Shown one piece after another: positions 30,766 to 39,985 of a stretch of DNA of 64,000 nucleotides. This stretch comes from an uncultured Phycisphaerales bacterium. Its GTDB lineage: Bacteria; Planctomycetota; Phycisphaerae; Tepidisphaerales; Tepidisphaeraceae. Position 1 is the first letter of the stretch. Every line of letters begins with the position of its first letter. The translations under genes were made by a program, and so were the position numbers. The notes beneath the pieces are model-generated. The model was not told the DNA's origin. It did not search any database and saw nothing but the letters and a program-made list of their open reading frames with translations. The DNA lies in contig CAVWVQ010000003.1 of the NCBI GenBank assembly GCA_963758525.1, positions 2,080,001 to 2,144,000 of the forward strand, read 5' to 3'.

Positions 30766-31593
30766 ATGAAGGGCGTTATTCTGGCGGGAGGTACGGGGTC
30801 GCGGCTTTTTCCGCTGACCAAGGTGACCAACAAACATCTGCTGCCGGTCTATAACAAGCCGATGATCTATTACCCCGTCGAGTGCATGGTGCGGGCTGGC
30901 ATCGAACAGGTGCTGCTGGTGACGGGCGGCAACAACAGCGGTGATTTCATCCGCCTGCTCGGCAACGGGCGGGAGTTTGGGCTGAAGAATCTCAACTACA
31001 CGTATCAGGAAAAGGCTGGAGGAATCGCCGAGGCACTTTCGCTGGCGGAGCACTTTGCCGAGGGAGAGCCGATTTGTCTGATTCTTGGAGATAACATCGT
31101 TGAATACGCCATCAACGACTGCGCGCAGCGGTTCGCGGAGCAGAAGATTGGCGCGAAAATTCTGCTGTCGCAGGTGGAGAATCCTTCCGCCTACGGGATC
31201 GCGGAGATGAAGGGGGAGGCGGTTGCCCGGATTGTCGAGAAGCCGAAGGAGCCCAAGAGCAACTGGGCGGTGATCGGGATTTATTTTTTCGATGGGAAGG
31301 TGTTCGAGATCGTGCGCACGCTCAAGCCGTCGGCACGAAACGAACTGGAGATCACGGACGTGAACAACGCGTATATCCAGCGCGGCGAGATGACCGCCGA
31401 CAAGCTGAACGGGTGGTGGGCGGACGCCGGCGAAAACATCGACTTTTACCTGAAGGCGTGCAATAGGGTGGCGGAGTCGGGAGCGAATAAGGAGGGGGGA
31501 GGCACGAAGGCACTTGGGGGAGCAGGCACGGAGGCACGGGAAGAAGCAGGCACGGAGGCACGAAGGCACGGAGGCACGGAGGGAAGGAAGTAG
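30766..31593 (+). CDS. rfbA: Glucose-1-phosphate thymidylyltransferase
   Basis: GVILAGGTGSRLFPLT..NKHLLPVYNKPMIYYP, EKP, ELEITD; first gene of the rfbACBD cluster. Confidence 0.88.
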   Translation: MKGVILAGGTGSRLFPLTKVTNKHLLPVYNKPMIYYPVECMVRAGIEQVLLVTGGNNSGDFIRLLGNGREFGLKNLNYTYQEKAGGIAEALSLAEHFAEGEPICLILGDNIVEYAINDCAQRFAEQKIGAKILLSQVENPSAYGIAEMKGEAVARIVEKPKEPKSNWAVIGIYFFDGKVFEIVRTLKPSARNELEITDVNNAYIQRGEMTADKLNGWWADAGENIDFYLKACNRVAESGANKEGGGTKALGGAGTEAREEAGTEARRHGGTEGRK

Positions 31594-31711
31594 GATCTTT
31601 GTTAAAAGGCGACGTCAGACGGGTTTTGGTGGGAAGTTAACCGCGGCGATTGGATTATCATCGGGACCTTTGGGGTCGCTTTTAAATCGGGCGCGGTGAA
31701 CAACGGACGGT

Positions 31712-32263
31712 ATGCAGATTGTCGACAGCAAGATTACTGACGTGAAGATCCTGGAGCCGCGCCGCATCTCCGATGTGCGCGGGTATTTCAGCGAGACGTA
31801 CAGCGAACGGTTGCTCCGGGCGGCGGGGATTCATGTCGCTTTTGTGCAGGACAATGAATCGCTCTCCGTGGAAAAGGGGGTCGTGCGCGGCCTGCACTAC
31901 CAGATTGCGCCGGCGGCACAGGCGAAGCTCATCCGGGTGGTCAGCGGGGCCATCCTCGACGTTGCCGTGGATATTCGCAGAAGCTCGCCGACGTTTGGAG
32001 AGCATGTGAGCCTGGAACTCAATTCGAAGGAGGGCCGGCAGATGTTTATTCCGGCCGGATTTGCCCATGGGTTCGTTACGCTCGAAGCCAACACGATGCT
32101 GTCGTACAAGGTGTCGAGTTATTACGCGCCCGATTGCGACCGGGGAATTCGCTGGGATGACCCGGCGATGAAGATCGACTGGGGCGTGAATTCGCGGACG
32201 GCGATACTTTCCGAGCGCGACCGCCGGCATCCGCTGCTGGCGGATGCGGCCGATCTGTTCTAG
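31712..32263 (+). CDS. rfbC: dTDP-4-dehydrorhamnose 3,5-epimerase
   Basis: D.RGYFSE, VQDNES, RGLHYQ, GFAHGF. Confidence 0.95.
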   Translation: MQIVDSKITDVKILEPRRISDVRGYFSETYSERLLRAAGIHVAFVQDNESLSVEKGVVRGLHYQIAPAAQAKLIRVVSGAILDVAVDIRRSSPTFGEHVSLELNSKEGRQMFIPAGFAHGFVTLEANTMLSYKVSSYYAPDCDRGIRWDDPAMKIDWGVNSRTAILSERDRRHPLLADAADLF

Positions 32264-32393
32264 GGGAATGCGAGAAAGGCGTTGCGACTGAACACCGCCG
32301 TTGAGGGGCCGCTTTTAGAATTTCCAGGGATGTACCCCCTCTCCCGGATTACCGGAAGAGGGAGTAATGAAACCAGCTCTAAACGAAAGGTTT

Positions 32394-33443
32394 ATGGGCG
32401 CGACGAAACGAACTATTTTAGTCACCGGGGCGGCGGGGTTTATCGGATCGAACTTTGCCCGGCTCCTGCTGCGCGGCAGCGACGACCTCAAACTCATCGC
32501 GTTTGACAAGCTCACCTACGCCGGGAACCTGGCCAACCTGCACGACCTGCTGAGCGATCCGCGACTGGTGTTTATCAAGGCTGACATCTGCGACGGCAGC
32601 GCCGTGACGGAGGTCTGGGAAAAATACAACGTCAGGGAAGTGGTCAATTTCGCGGCGGAGAGCCATGTGGACCGGAGCATTCTCTCTTCCGCGCCGTTTG
32701 TGACGACCAACATCGTCGGAACGCAAGTGCTGCTCGATGTGGCGCGGGCAAAGGGCGCACGCCGATTTGTGCAGGTGAGCACGGACGAAGTATATGGCTC
32801 GCTTCCGGAGAATCGCCCGGATTTGAAGTTCACCGAGCAGACGCCGCTCCAACCCAACAGCCCGTACAGCGCGAGCAAAGCGGCGGCGGATTGTCTCGTG
32901 CGATCCTATTTTCACACGTTTGGCATGCCGGTTCTCACGACGCGCTGCTCCAACAACTATGGACCGTATCAATTTCCTGAAAAGCTGATCCCCCTCTTCG
33001 TCACCAATCTGCTCGAGGACAAGACAGTGCCGCTCTACGGCGATGGGTTAAATGTGCGGGACTGGCTCTACGTCGAGGATCATTGCGAGGCGGTTTTGGC
33101 CGTGCTGAATCGCGGCACGCCGGGCGACGTCTACAACATCGGCGGCGGAAATGAGATCACCAATCGGAAGATGACCGAAACGATTCTTCTGGAGATGGGC
33201 AAGAGCTGGGAACAGAGCGTGCAATACGTGAAAGACCGGGCGGGCCACGACCGCCGGTATGCGATTGACGCGTCGAAGATCCGCGAGGAACTGGGCTGGT
33301 CGCCGCGGTTCAAGTTTGAGGAGGCGATGCATGCGACGATTCAATGGTACCTCGCAAACGCGCCGTGGTGGCAGGCCATTAAGAGCGGAGAATACCTCAA
33401 GTATTACGAGAGTCAGTATGCCGGACGGGAGCTTGGGAGATAG
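32394..33443 (+). CDS. rfbB: dTDP-glucose 4,6-dehydratase
   Basis: TGAAGFIGSNF, DKLTYAGN, AAESHVDRS, STDEVYG, YSASKA, GHDRRYA. Confidence 0.95.
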   Translation: MGATKRTILVTGAAGFIGSNFARLLLRGSDDLKLIAFDKLTYAGNLANLHDLLSDPRLVFIKADICDGSAVTEVWEKYNVREVVNFAAESHVDRSILSSAPFVTTNIVGTQVLLDVARAKGARRFVQVSTDEVYGSLPENRPDLKFTEQTPLQPNSPYSASKAAADCLVRSYFHTFGMPVLTTRCSNNYGPYQFPEKLIPLFVTNLLEDKTVPLYGDGLNVRDWLYVEDHCEAVLAVLNRGTPGDVYNIGGGNEITNRKMTETILLEMGKSWEQSVQYVKDRAGHDRRYAIDASKIREELGWSPRFKFEEAMHATIQWYLANAPWWQAIKSGEYLKYYESQYAGRELGR

Positions 33444-34452
33444 ATCAAACCGGACGACTGTTTCCTCCTCCCCTGGTACACCGGCGGAGGATCGAGGTGG
33501 GGGCTTCCCTCGCGTCGGCCCCCACCCCAACCCTCCCCCGGAGTACCAGGGGAGGGGGAAAGAGCGGGCATCGCTGAATTCTGGCAACACGCCAATTCTG
33601 CTCGTCGGCGCAAATGGAATGCTCGCCCATGCCCTGTCGCGCACGCTGACATCGCGCGGACTTGAGCCGATTCTGCTCACGCGTGCTCAGTGCGAGATCA
33701 CGAAGCCGGAGCAGGTCGATCGCGCATTTGGCGAATATCAACCGAAGATCGTGCTGAACTGCGCGGCGTTCACGAAAGTGGACGCATGCGAAACCGAATC
33801 GCAATACGCTGATGCGGTGAACGGCCGTGCGCTCCAACATCTCTTGCGCAGATCCGAAGAAGCCGGCGCCAAGCTCGTCCACCTTGGGAGCGACTTTGTC
33901 TTCGACGGAGCTTCGCAGCGCCCCTACCGCGAAGATGACCCGGCCAATCCGCTTTCCGCTTACGGCCGGTCGAAATTCCTTGGGGAGTCGGCGTTGCTCG
34001 CGAACCCTGGCGGCAACTGGCTGCTGCTTCGCACCGCCTGGCTCTACGGCCCTGACGGCGTCAGCTTCCCGCGCACGATGATTGAACTGGCCCGCAAAGG
34101 CGTGCCGCTCTCGATCGTCAACGACCAGATCGGCTCGCCCACGTTCACCAATGATTTGGCGGAGGCGACGTTCGATTTGCTGGAGCGCGATGTGACGGGG
34201 CTGTTTCACGTTGTAAACAGCGAGCCGGCGAGTTGGTTCGATCTGGCGGTTGCGACGCTCGAAGCTTTTCAGATTTCCCATCCCGTGCGCCCCATCAGCA
34301 CCGAGGAATGGCGGGCAAAGCGGCCAGGACAAGCGATTCGTCCGGCGTACAGCGTGCTCGACACTGAGAAGTTCGCAAAGACCATCGGCCGATCAATGCG
34401 GCCTTGGCGAGAGGCGCTGCGGGCGTTTGCGAAGCCGCCGCAGGCTGAATGA
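33433..34452 (+). CDS. rfbD: dTDP-4-dehydrorhamnose reductase (start uncertain: TTG at 33433 or near 33574)
   Basis: GANGML, NCAAFTKVD, SDFVFDG, YGRSK, DQIGSPT, RPAYSVL. Confidence 0.9.
   Translation: MGDRSNRTTVSSSPGTPAEDRGGGFPRVGPHPNPPPEYQGRGKERASLNSGNTPILLVGANGMLAHALSRTLTSRGLEPILLTRAQCEITKPEQVDRAFGEYQPKIVLNCAAFTKVDACETESQYADAVNGRALQHLLRRSEEAGAKLVHLGSDFVFDGASQRPYREDDPANPLSAYGRSKFLGESALLANPGGNWLLLRTAWLYGPDGVSFPRTMIELARKGVPLSIVNDQIGSPTFTNDLAEATFDLLERDVTGLFHVVNSEPASWFDLAVATLEAFQISHPVRPISTEEWRAKRPGQAIRPAYSVLDTEKFAKTIGRSMRPWREALRAFAKPPQAE
33467..33559. repeat. CCCTCCCC-type REP doublet between or inside rfbB-rfbD
   Basis: cctcccctggtacaccggcggagg...ccctcccccggagtaccaggggagggg. Confidence 0.7.
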
Positions 34453-34549
34453 CTTTCTATCTCTGCCTAAGGATTTCGCTCTGCGATCAAGTATCGCGAT
34501 TCGCTTTCCGGGTCGCTACACTTCAACGTAATCTGGGAATGCATGCGCT

Positions 34550-36480
34550 ATGGCCTATACCGTTCTAGCCCGCCGATACCGTTCCGCGACGTTCGATGAT
34601 GTCATCGGGCAGGATCACGTTGCGCAGACGCTGAAAAAAGCGATCGATTCGGGGCGGGTGGCGCATGCGTACCTGTTCTGCGGGACGCGCGGGGTGGGCA
34701 AGACATCGATGGCGCGCATCCTGGCCAAGGCGCTCAATTGCGATGCGCATGCGGAGCCGACGTCCTCCCCTTGCGGGAAGTGCAATTCCTGCCTGGCGAT
34801 CGCGCGCGGCGAAGACCTCGACGTGATCGAAATCGACGCGGCGTCCAACCGCGGCATTGACAACATCCGCGATCTGATCAGCAACGCGCAATTCAGTCCG
34901 GCCCGCTCGCGGTTCAAAGTCTACATTATCGACGAGGTGCATGGCCTCTCGAAAGACGCCTTCAACGCATTGCTGAAGGTGCTGGAAGAGCCGCCGAGTC
35001 ACGTGAAATTCATTCTCGCGACGACGGAAGCCGAGAAAATCCTGCCGACGATTCTGTCGCGCTGCCAGCGGTATGACTTCCGCAACATCGGCGCGGGAAA
35101 TCGCCGGGCATCTGCAGGAAATCTGCAAGAAGGAGAAGATCAAGGCGGACGACGATGCGTTGATGCTGCTGGCCAAGGCCGGCGCCGGATCGATGCGCGA
35201 CGCCCTTTCGCTGCTCGACCGGATGCTCAGCGTCGGCGAGAAGCATCTGGACATGGAACTGGTGGAGCGGCTGCTCGGATTGCCCAAGAGCCAGCGGATG
35301 TTCGATCTGGCCGGCGCGATCGCCGGGGGTGACGTCAAGGCAACGCTGGGACAGGCAAGCTCGTTGATCGACTCGGGATTGTCCGTTGATTCGCTCCTGG
35401 GGGCGCTGGTCGATCACCTGCGCAACCTGCTGATTATCCGCACCTGCGGGCCGGACTCGGAACTGGTCGAAGCGCCCGGGCTGGCGATGAAGGATCTCAC
35501 CAGCCAGACGGAACGCTTCGATCCCATCGCGCTCACGCAGGACATTACCATTCTCGAAGAGTTGCGCCGGCAGATCCGCCAATCGCAGGCGGGCCGGGCG
35601 CTGCTCGACGCGACGCTGGTACGCATGGCGTTGTCGGATCAATTCTCATCCATCGGCGAGTTGCTCTCTCGTTTGGACGGCGGCGCGGGGCCGGGCGAGC
35701 CGCAAAAAAAAAACGATAGGGTCGGGCCGGCAGTAGGACGGGCCGCCACGGGAGTCGCGGCGAAGGTTCCGCCTGGTAATGCGCGCCCGGAGGCAGCGTC
35801 GTCGGCGAGCCCGTTCATTGATGCGGCGGCAGAGCCGCTTGCGGGGCCGCTCGATCACGCGGGGGCGGACGCGAAGGCGCAGAGTCCGCTCATGGCCGCG
35901 GGAGGGGCGGGGACAGCGGAGGGCGCTTCGATCAGCCTGGGGGCGGTGGTGGCGAGTGGCGAACCCGCAAGCGGCGGGGAGATCCCCGCGGGCAGCGAAG
36001 CTCCAAATGTGGAGCCGGTCGATCCTTCCAATCTGCCAGCGGTCTGGCGAGCGATGCTGAATCTTCTTGCCGGTCATGGGCACGGGCTGCAGTCACTTCT
36101 GTCGCCGGGAAAGCTGGCAAGCATCGACGACGGGCGGGCGATCGTGCGATATGGATCGCAGCATGAGACGTTTGTCAAAATGCTGGATCGCAACGGGAAA
36201 AAAGAGCTCGTTCGCGACGGGCTGAGCAGGGTGCTGGGCCAGCCCGTTGGCATCCTGTTTGAAGTGGAGCCGGAGACGGCCGCGGCTGCGGCGCCGGTTT
36301 CGGCGGCAAATGGGGGAGCTTCGCGTGCTGCGCCGCGCGGGTTGCGGCTGCCGTGGAATCGGCTGCGCCGCGCGCGTCGAGCCGGTAACTCCGGAAATGA
36401 TCGAGCAAGTACGCCAGAGCGATCCGCTGGTGGCGGCGCTTATGCAGACGCTGGGAGCAACGGTCATCAAAATCGAATAG
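34550..36480 (+). CDS. dnaX: DNA polymerase III subunit gamma/tau; apparent indels near 35092 and ~36340
   Basis: [53 protein letters not shown]-terminal [19 protein letters not shown] lies in another frame. Confidence 0.93.
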
Positions 36481-36488
36481 GACGTGCC

Positions 36489-36827
36489 ATGTTTGATGCA
36501 TTCAAAAACCTCGGCAATCTTCCGGGCCTGATGGCCAAGGCTCGCGAAGTGCAGGACAAGATGAAGTCGATGCAGGAAGAGATGGGCCGGCGTGAAGTCA
36601 CCGCCGGCGCTGGCGCGGGCATCGTGGAGGCGACGGTCAACGGGCGGCTGGAACTCAAGCGAATTCGCATCGACAAGACGAAAATCGATCCGGCCGACAC
36701 GGAGATGCTCGAAGACCTCATTGTGGCCGCGGTAAACGCGGCGCAGGCGCGGGCGGGGGAAATGATGAAAGCGGAAATGCAGCGCCTGACCGGCGAAATG
36801 GGGCTGCCGCCGGGTATGCTGCCATAA
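36489..36827 (+). CDS. ybaB: YbaB/EbfC nucleoid-associated protein
   Basis: AGAGIVEATVNG, EMLEDLIVAAVNAA, GLPPGM; follows dnaX. Confidence 0.92.
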   Translation: MFDAFKNLGNLPGLMAKAREVQDKMKSMQEEMGRREVTAGAGAGIVEATVNGRLELKRIRIDKTKIDPADTEMLEDLIVAAVNAAQARAGEMMKAEMQRLTGEMGLPPGMLP

Positions 36828-36869
36828 TGCGTGGTTTGCGGTCTGCCGGACCCTTCCTTGCGCGGCTGC

Positions 36870-37832
36870 TTACCGCACGGCTTCGACAGCAACGACACCA
36901 GACACTGGCATGGGGGCCTCTACAGCCGGTGTCGTGGATCCGGGCTTGGCGTCAGCGACGCCGACTTCACCAGAACCAACTGATTCGACCAGCCGATCCA
37001 GCGGCGGCAACGTCACCGAAACGGTCGGCGGCGGTGGCGCAGGCAAGTCCATCGCGATCACCTCGCTGGCCAATGCCCGGTAGTCGGCGGCGCCGTTGCT
37101 GGCGGGGCCGTAGGCGAGGATGGTCTGCCCGAAGCTGGGACATTCGGCGAGCTTGATGTTCCGGCGGATCTTGCTCTGGAGAATTCTTGCCCCGGCCCAG
37201 GGCAGCGGCTTGCCCGCCGCGGATTCGAGGAAGCCCTGAAGCTCGGTGACGACTTCGCTCGTCAGCTTCGTCTGCGAATCGAACATCGTCAGCACGATCC
37301 CGCTTACCTTCAGCCGCGGATTCATCCGGCGATTCACCAGGTGGACCGTCTCCAGCAGCTTGGCGACGCCCTGCATCGCCAGAAAGTGCGGCTGCATGGG
37401 AATCAGCACCTCGCCGGCCGCGGAAAGCGCATTGATCGTCAGCAGTCCCAGGGACGGAGGGCAATCGAGCAGGATGAACTCGAAGTCGTGCTTCGCCTCC
37501 TCGAGGCGGTTTTTCAGGAGTGACTCGCGCCCGATCACGCTGACCAGCTCAATTTCCGCGGCGGCCAGATCGATCGAACTGGGCACCAGCCAGAGATTCT
37601 CGCCGACCCGATGAACCGCCTGCAGCAGGGCCGTTTCCTCGATCAGCACGTCATACAGGCTGGCAAGCTTCTGAGCGGGCTCGATGCCGTAGTTGATCGT
37701 CAGGTGCGCCTGCGGGTCCATGTCGATCAGGCAGACGCGCCTCCCCTGTTCGGCCAGGGCCGCGCCGAGATTCACCGTGGTGGTGGTCTTTCCGACGCCC
37801 CCTTTCTGATTCATCAGAGCGATGACCCGCAT
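36870..37832 (-). CDS. ParA/Soj family ATPase
   Basis: NQKGGVGKTTT, IDMDPQAH, DCPPSLG, LAECPSFG. Confidence 0.92.
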   Translation of the reverse strand: MRVIALMNQKGGVGKTTTTVNLGAALAEQGRRVCLIDMDPQAHLTINYGIEPAQKLASLYDVLIEETALLQAVHRVGENLWLVPSSIDLAAAEIELVSVIGRESLLKNRLEEAKHDFEFILLDCPPSLGLLTINALSAAGEVLIPMQPHFLAMQGVAKLLETVHLVNRRMNPRLKVSGIVLTMFDSQTKLTSEVVTELQGFLESAAGKPLPWAGARILQSKIRRNIKLAECPSFGQTILAYGPASNGAADYRALASEVIAMDLPAPPPPTVSVTLPPLDRLVESVGSGEVGVADAKPGSTTPAVEAPMPVSGVVAVEAVR

Positions 37833-37849
37833 TGGAAAGAGAGTACCAA

Positions 37850-37889
37850 AAAAAGAAACCTTCCGCCGTGGCTGGGAAGGTTTCTTTTT
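37850..37889. terminator. Intrinsic (bidirectional-type) terminator
   Basis: AAAAAGAAACCTTCC-loop-GGAAGGTTTCTTTTT. Confidence 0.8.
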
Positions 37890-37981
37890 GTTTCGAGGCC
37901 TAAGTTGGAGCCAAGGCCCGAACGGTAAAAATCCAAGGTGTGACCAGAAGGCCGCCGGCTTGAGCCACGTGCCGGTGGAAA

Positions 37982-38053
37982 TTACTTCTTCTTGGTCGTC
38001 TTCTTCGCAGGCTTCTTCGCAGGAGCCTTTTTAGCAGGTGCTTTCTTTGCCAT
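37982..38053 (-). CDS. 23-aa Lys/Ala/Pro-rich histone-H1-like microprotein MAKKAPAKKAPAKKPAKKTTKKK
   Basis: ATG..TAA ORF with AAGGAGGT SD, sigma70-like promoter and downstream terminator. Confidence 0.75.
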   Translation of the reverse strand: MAKKAPAKKAPAKKPAKKTTKKK

Positions 38054-38083
38054 GGCGCTTGTACCTCCTTTCTATGACGGACA

Positions 38084-38112
38084 AATTTAGTGCGCGCGAA
38101 AAACTCCGTCAA
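38084..38112 (-). promoter_or_regulatory. Sigma70-type promoter TTGACG-N17-TAAATT with A-rich UP-like tract
   Basis: Minus strand: gaaaaaattta TTGACG gagtttttcgcgcgcac TAAATT. Confidence 0.7.
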
Positions 38113-38194
38113 TAAATTTTTTCTCAATGGGAACTCTATTTTCGCAATAGTCGGTGGGCAATCGCCCCGGGCCGCGGGAGACATCCAGCCCGGA

Positions 38195-39333
38195 TCAGAA
38201 CCGGGGCTTGCGCCCGACGAGGCGCTTCTCGATGATCTTCTCGAGGGTGTCGCAGACCCGCTCGATCTGCACCGAAGTGAGGGCGCCGAAGAACGGCAGC
38301 GCGATCGTGCGCGCCGAAACGTATTCGCAAACTGGAAACGCGCCCACGCGAAAATCGAACTTTCTCCGCATGTAGGGCTGCAAATGGATCGACGGGAAAT
38401 AATTGGTCGATCCGATTCCCGCCGCGCGCAGCTCGTGAATCACCGCGTCGCGATCGTCGGCGTCGAACAGATCGTTGAGACGCACGACGAAGACAAACCA
38501 GCTCAACTGCGTGTCGTCCTGCAGCGTCGGAAGAATCAGATAACGGTTGGTCATCAGCCGCTCGATATACTGCTGAGCGACGCGGCGGCGCGATTCGAGA
38601 ATTTCATCGAGCCGCGCGACTTGCGTCACCCCCAGCGCTGCGGAAATCTCGTTCATCCGGTAGTTGTACCCCAGCCGCTCGTGGGCCAGCCACGACATTC
38701 CCTCGCGCCCCTGGTTGCGCAAAGCGCGGCAAACGGCGGCACATTCGTCGTCATCGGTGACGATCATTCCCCCCTCGCCGGTGGTGATCTGCTTGTTGGG
38801 ATAGAACCCGAACACCGACGCCAGCCCGAACGACCCGATGGCCCGCTCTCCGACGCGCCCGCCGAAGCCTTCGCAGGAGTCTTCGATCAGCTTCAGCCCG
38901 TGCTGATGAGCGAACTGCTCCAGCTCGATCATCCCGCCGGGATGTCCGAAGGTTTCCACCGCGACGATCCCGCGCGTCTTGGAGGTGACCGCCGCCGCGA
39001 CCTGGCTCACGTCCATGTTCAGCGTCTTGGGGTCGATATCGACAAAGACGGGTTTGGCATCGACAAACAGGCAGCAGTTGGCCGACGCGACGAAAGAGAA
39101 GGGGGTGGTGATGATCTCGTCTCCGCTGCCGATGCCCGCGGCCAGCATCGCGCAATGCAGCCCCGCTGTGCCGGAAGAGACGCCGATGCCATGACGTCGC
39201 CCGCAAAGCTGGCGCAGGCGCGTTCGAACTGCTCGAGTCGCGGGCCGATCGAGAGCGTGCTTCCATGCAGCACGTCCACCACCGCGTCAATTTCTCGCTG
39301 CGTGATATCCGGCCGGGAGAGGGGAATAGTCAT
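38195..39333 (-). CDS. DegT/DnrJ/EryC1/StrS PLP aminotransferase; apparent frameshift near 39201
   Basis: IPLSRPDI, VSSGTAGLH (restored frame), IEDSCE, FGFYPNKQITTGEGG, GYNYRM. Confidence 0.9.
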
Positions 39334-39349
39334 GGCGAGGATGATCCTC

Positions 39350-39916
39350 TTAGCTCGGAGGCAGCGCCGCCGCTGCCGGGGCATCAAGGCTGCGCGTCCG
39401 CTTCCCGCCGGCGGGGGCGTGGATGCCGTCCTTGGCCAACTGCAGCCCCCGGGGCATGGCGATGGCTCCGGTGCGGGCCAGTTCCTTGATTCCGTAGGCT
39501 TTCATCAGCTCGATGAATCGATCGACTTCGTCTTCCGCTCCCGTCAGTTCGACGACGAGCGTCTCGGCCGAGACATCAACGACTTTGCCGCCGAACACAT
39601 GAGCGACTTCGATCACTTCATTGCGGCGCTGGGGACCGACGCCGACGGTAATCAGCGCCAGATCGCGCTCGACGTATGCCGTTCCCATGAAATCACGGAC
39701 TTCCACGACGGGGATCAGCTTGGTGAGCTGTTTTCGGACCTGGTCGAGGGTGTTGTCGTCGGCGGTGACCACGATGGTCATCCGCGACAGCTCGGGATTC
39801 TCCGTGCGTCCGACCACCAGCGAATCGATATTGAAGCCGCGGGCCGCAAACATCCCGGCCACATTCGCCAGGACGCCCGGCTCATTGATCACCAGCGCAG
39901 AAATCACGTGACGCAT
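39350..39916 (-). CDS. ilvN: Acetolactate synthase small (regulatory) subunit
   Basis: NEPGVL..GMFAARGFNIDSL, SRMTIV, ELARTG. Confidence 0.93.
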   Translation of the reverse strand: MRHVISALVINEPGVLANVAGMFAARGFNIDSLVVGRTENPELSRMTIVVTADDNTLDQVRKQLTKLIPVVEVRDFMGTAYVERDLALITVGVGPQRRNEVIEVAHVFGGKVVDVSAETLVVELTGAEDEVDRFIELMKAYGIKELARTGAIAMPRGLQLAKDGIHAPAGGKRTRSLDAPAAAALPPS

Positions 39917-39985
39917 TAGTCTCCTGGTTCAGAATCGAGGAGGAGAGTCTACGTGAACCGGGGTCGGAGGTAAAATTGTGCGGGC

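Noticed and set aside
35073..36827. ORF track suggests a DnaX-YbaB fusion (584 aa)
   Set aside because: The natural DnaX C-terminus lies in another frame ending at 36480, and ybaB has its own ATG at 36489. The fusion is best explained by an indel near 36340.
36489..36900. Absence of recR after dnaX-ybaB
   Set aside because: Gene order varies between lineages, so this is not informative without the rest of the genome.
38090..39919. Long antisense ORFs (also 21833-23236, 51542-53392, 55836-57821 and others)
   Set aside because: They are shadows of well-supported opposite-strand genes in GC-rich DNA and carry no motifs.
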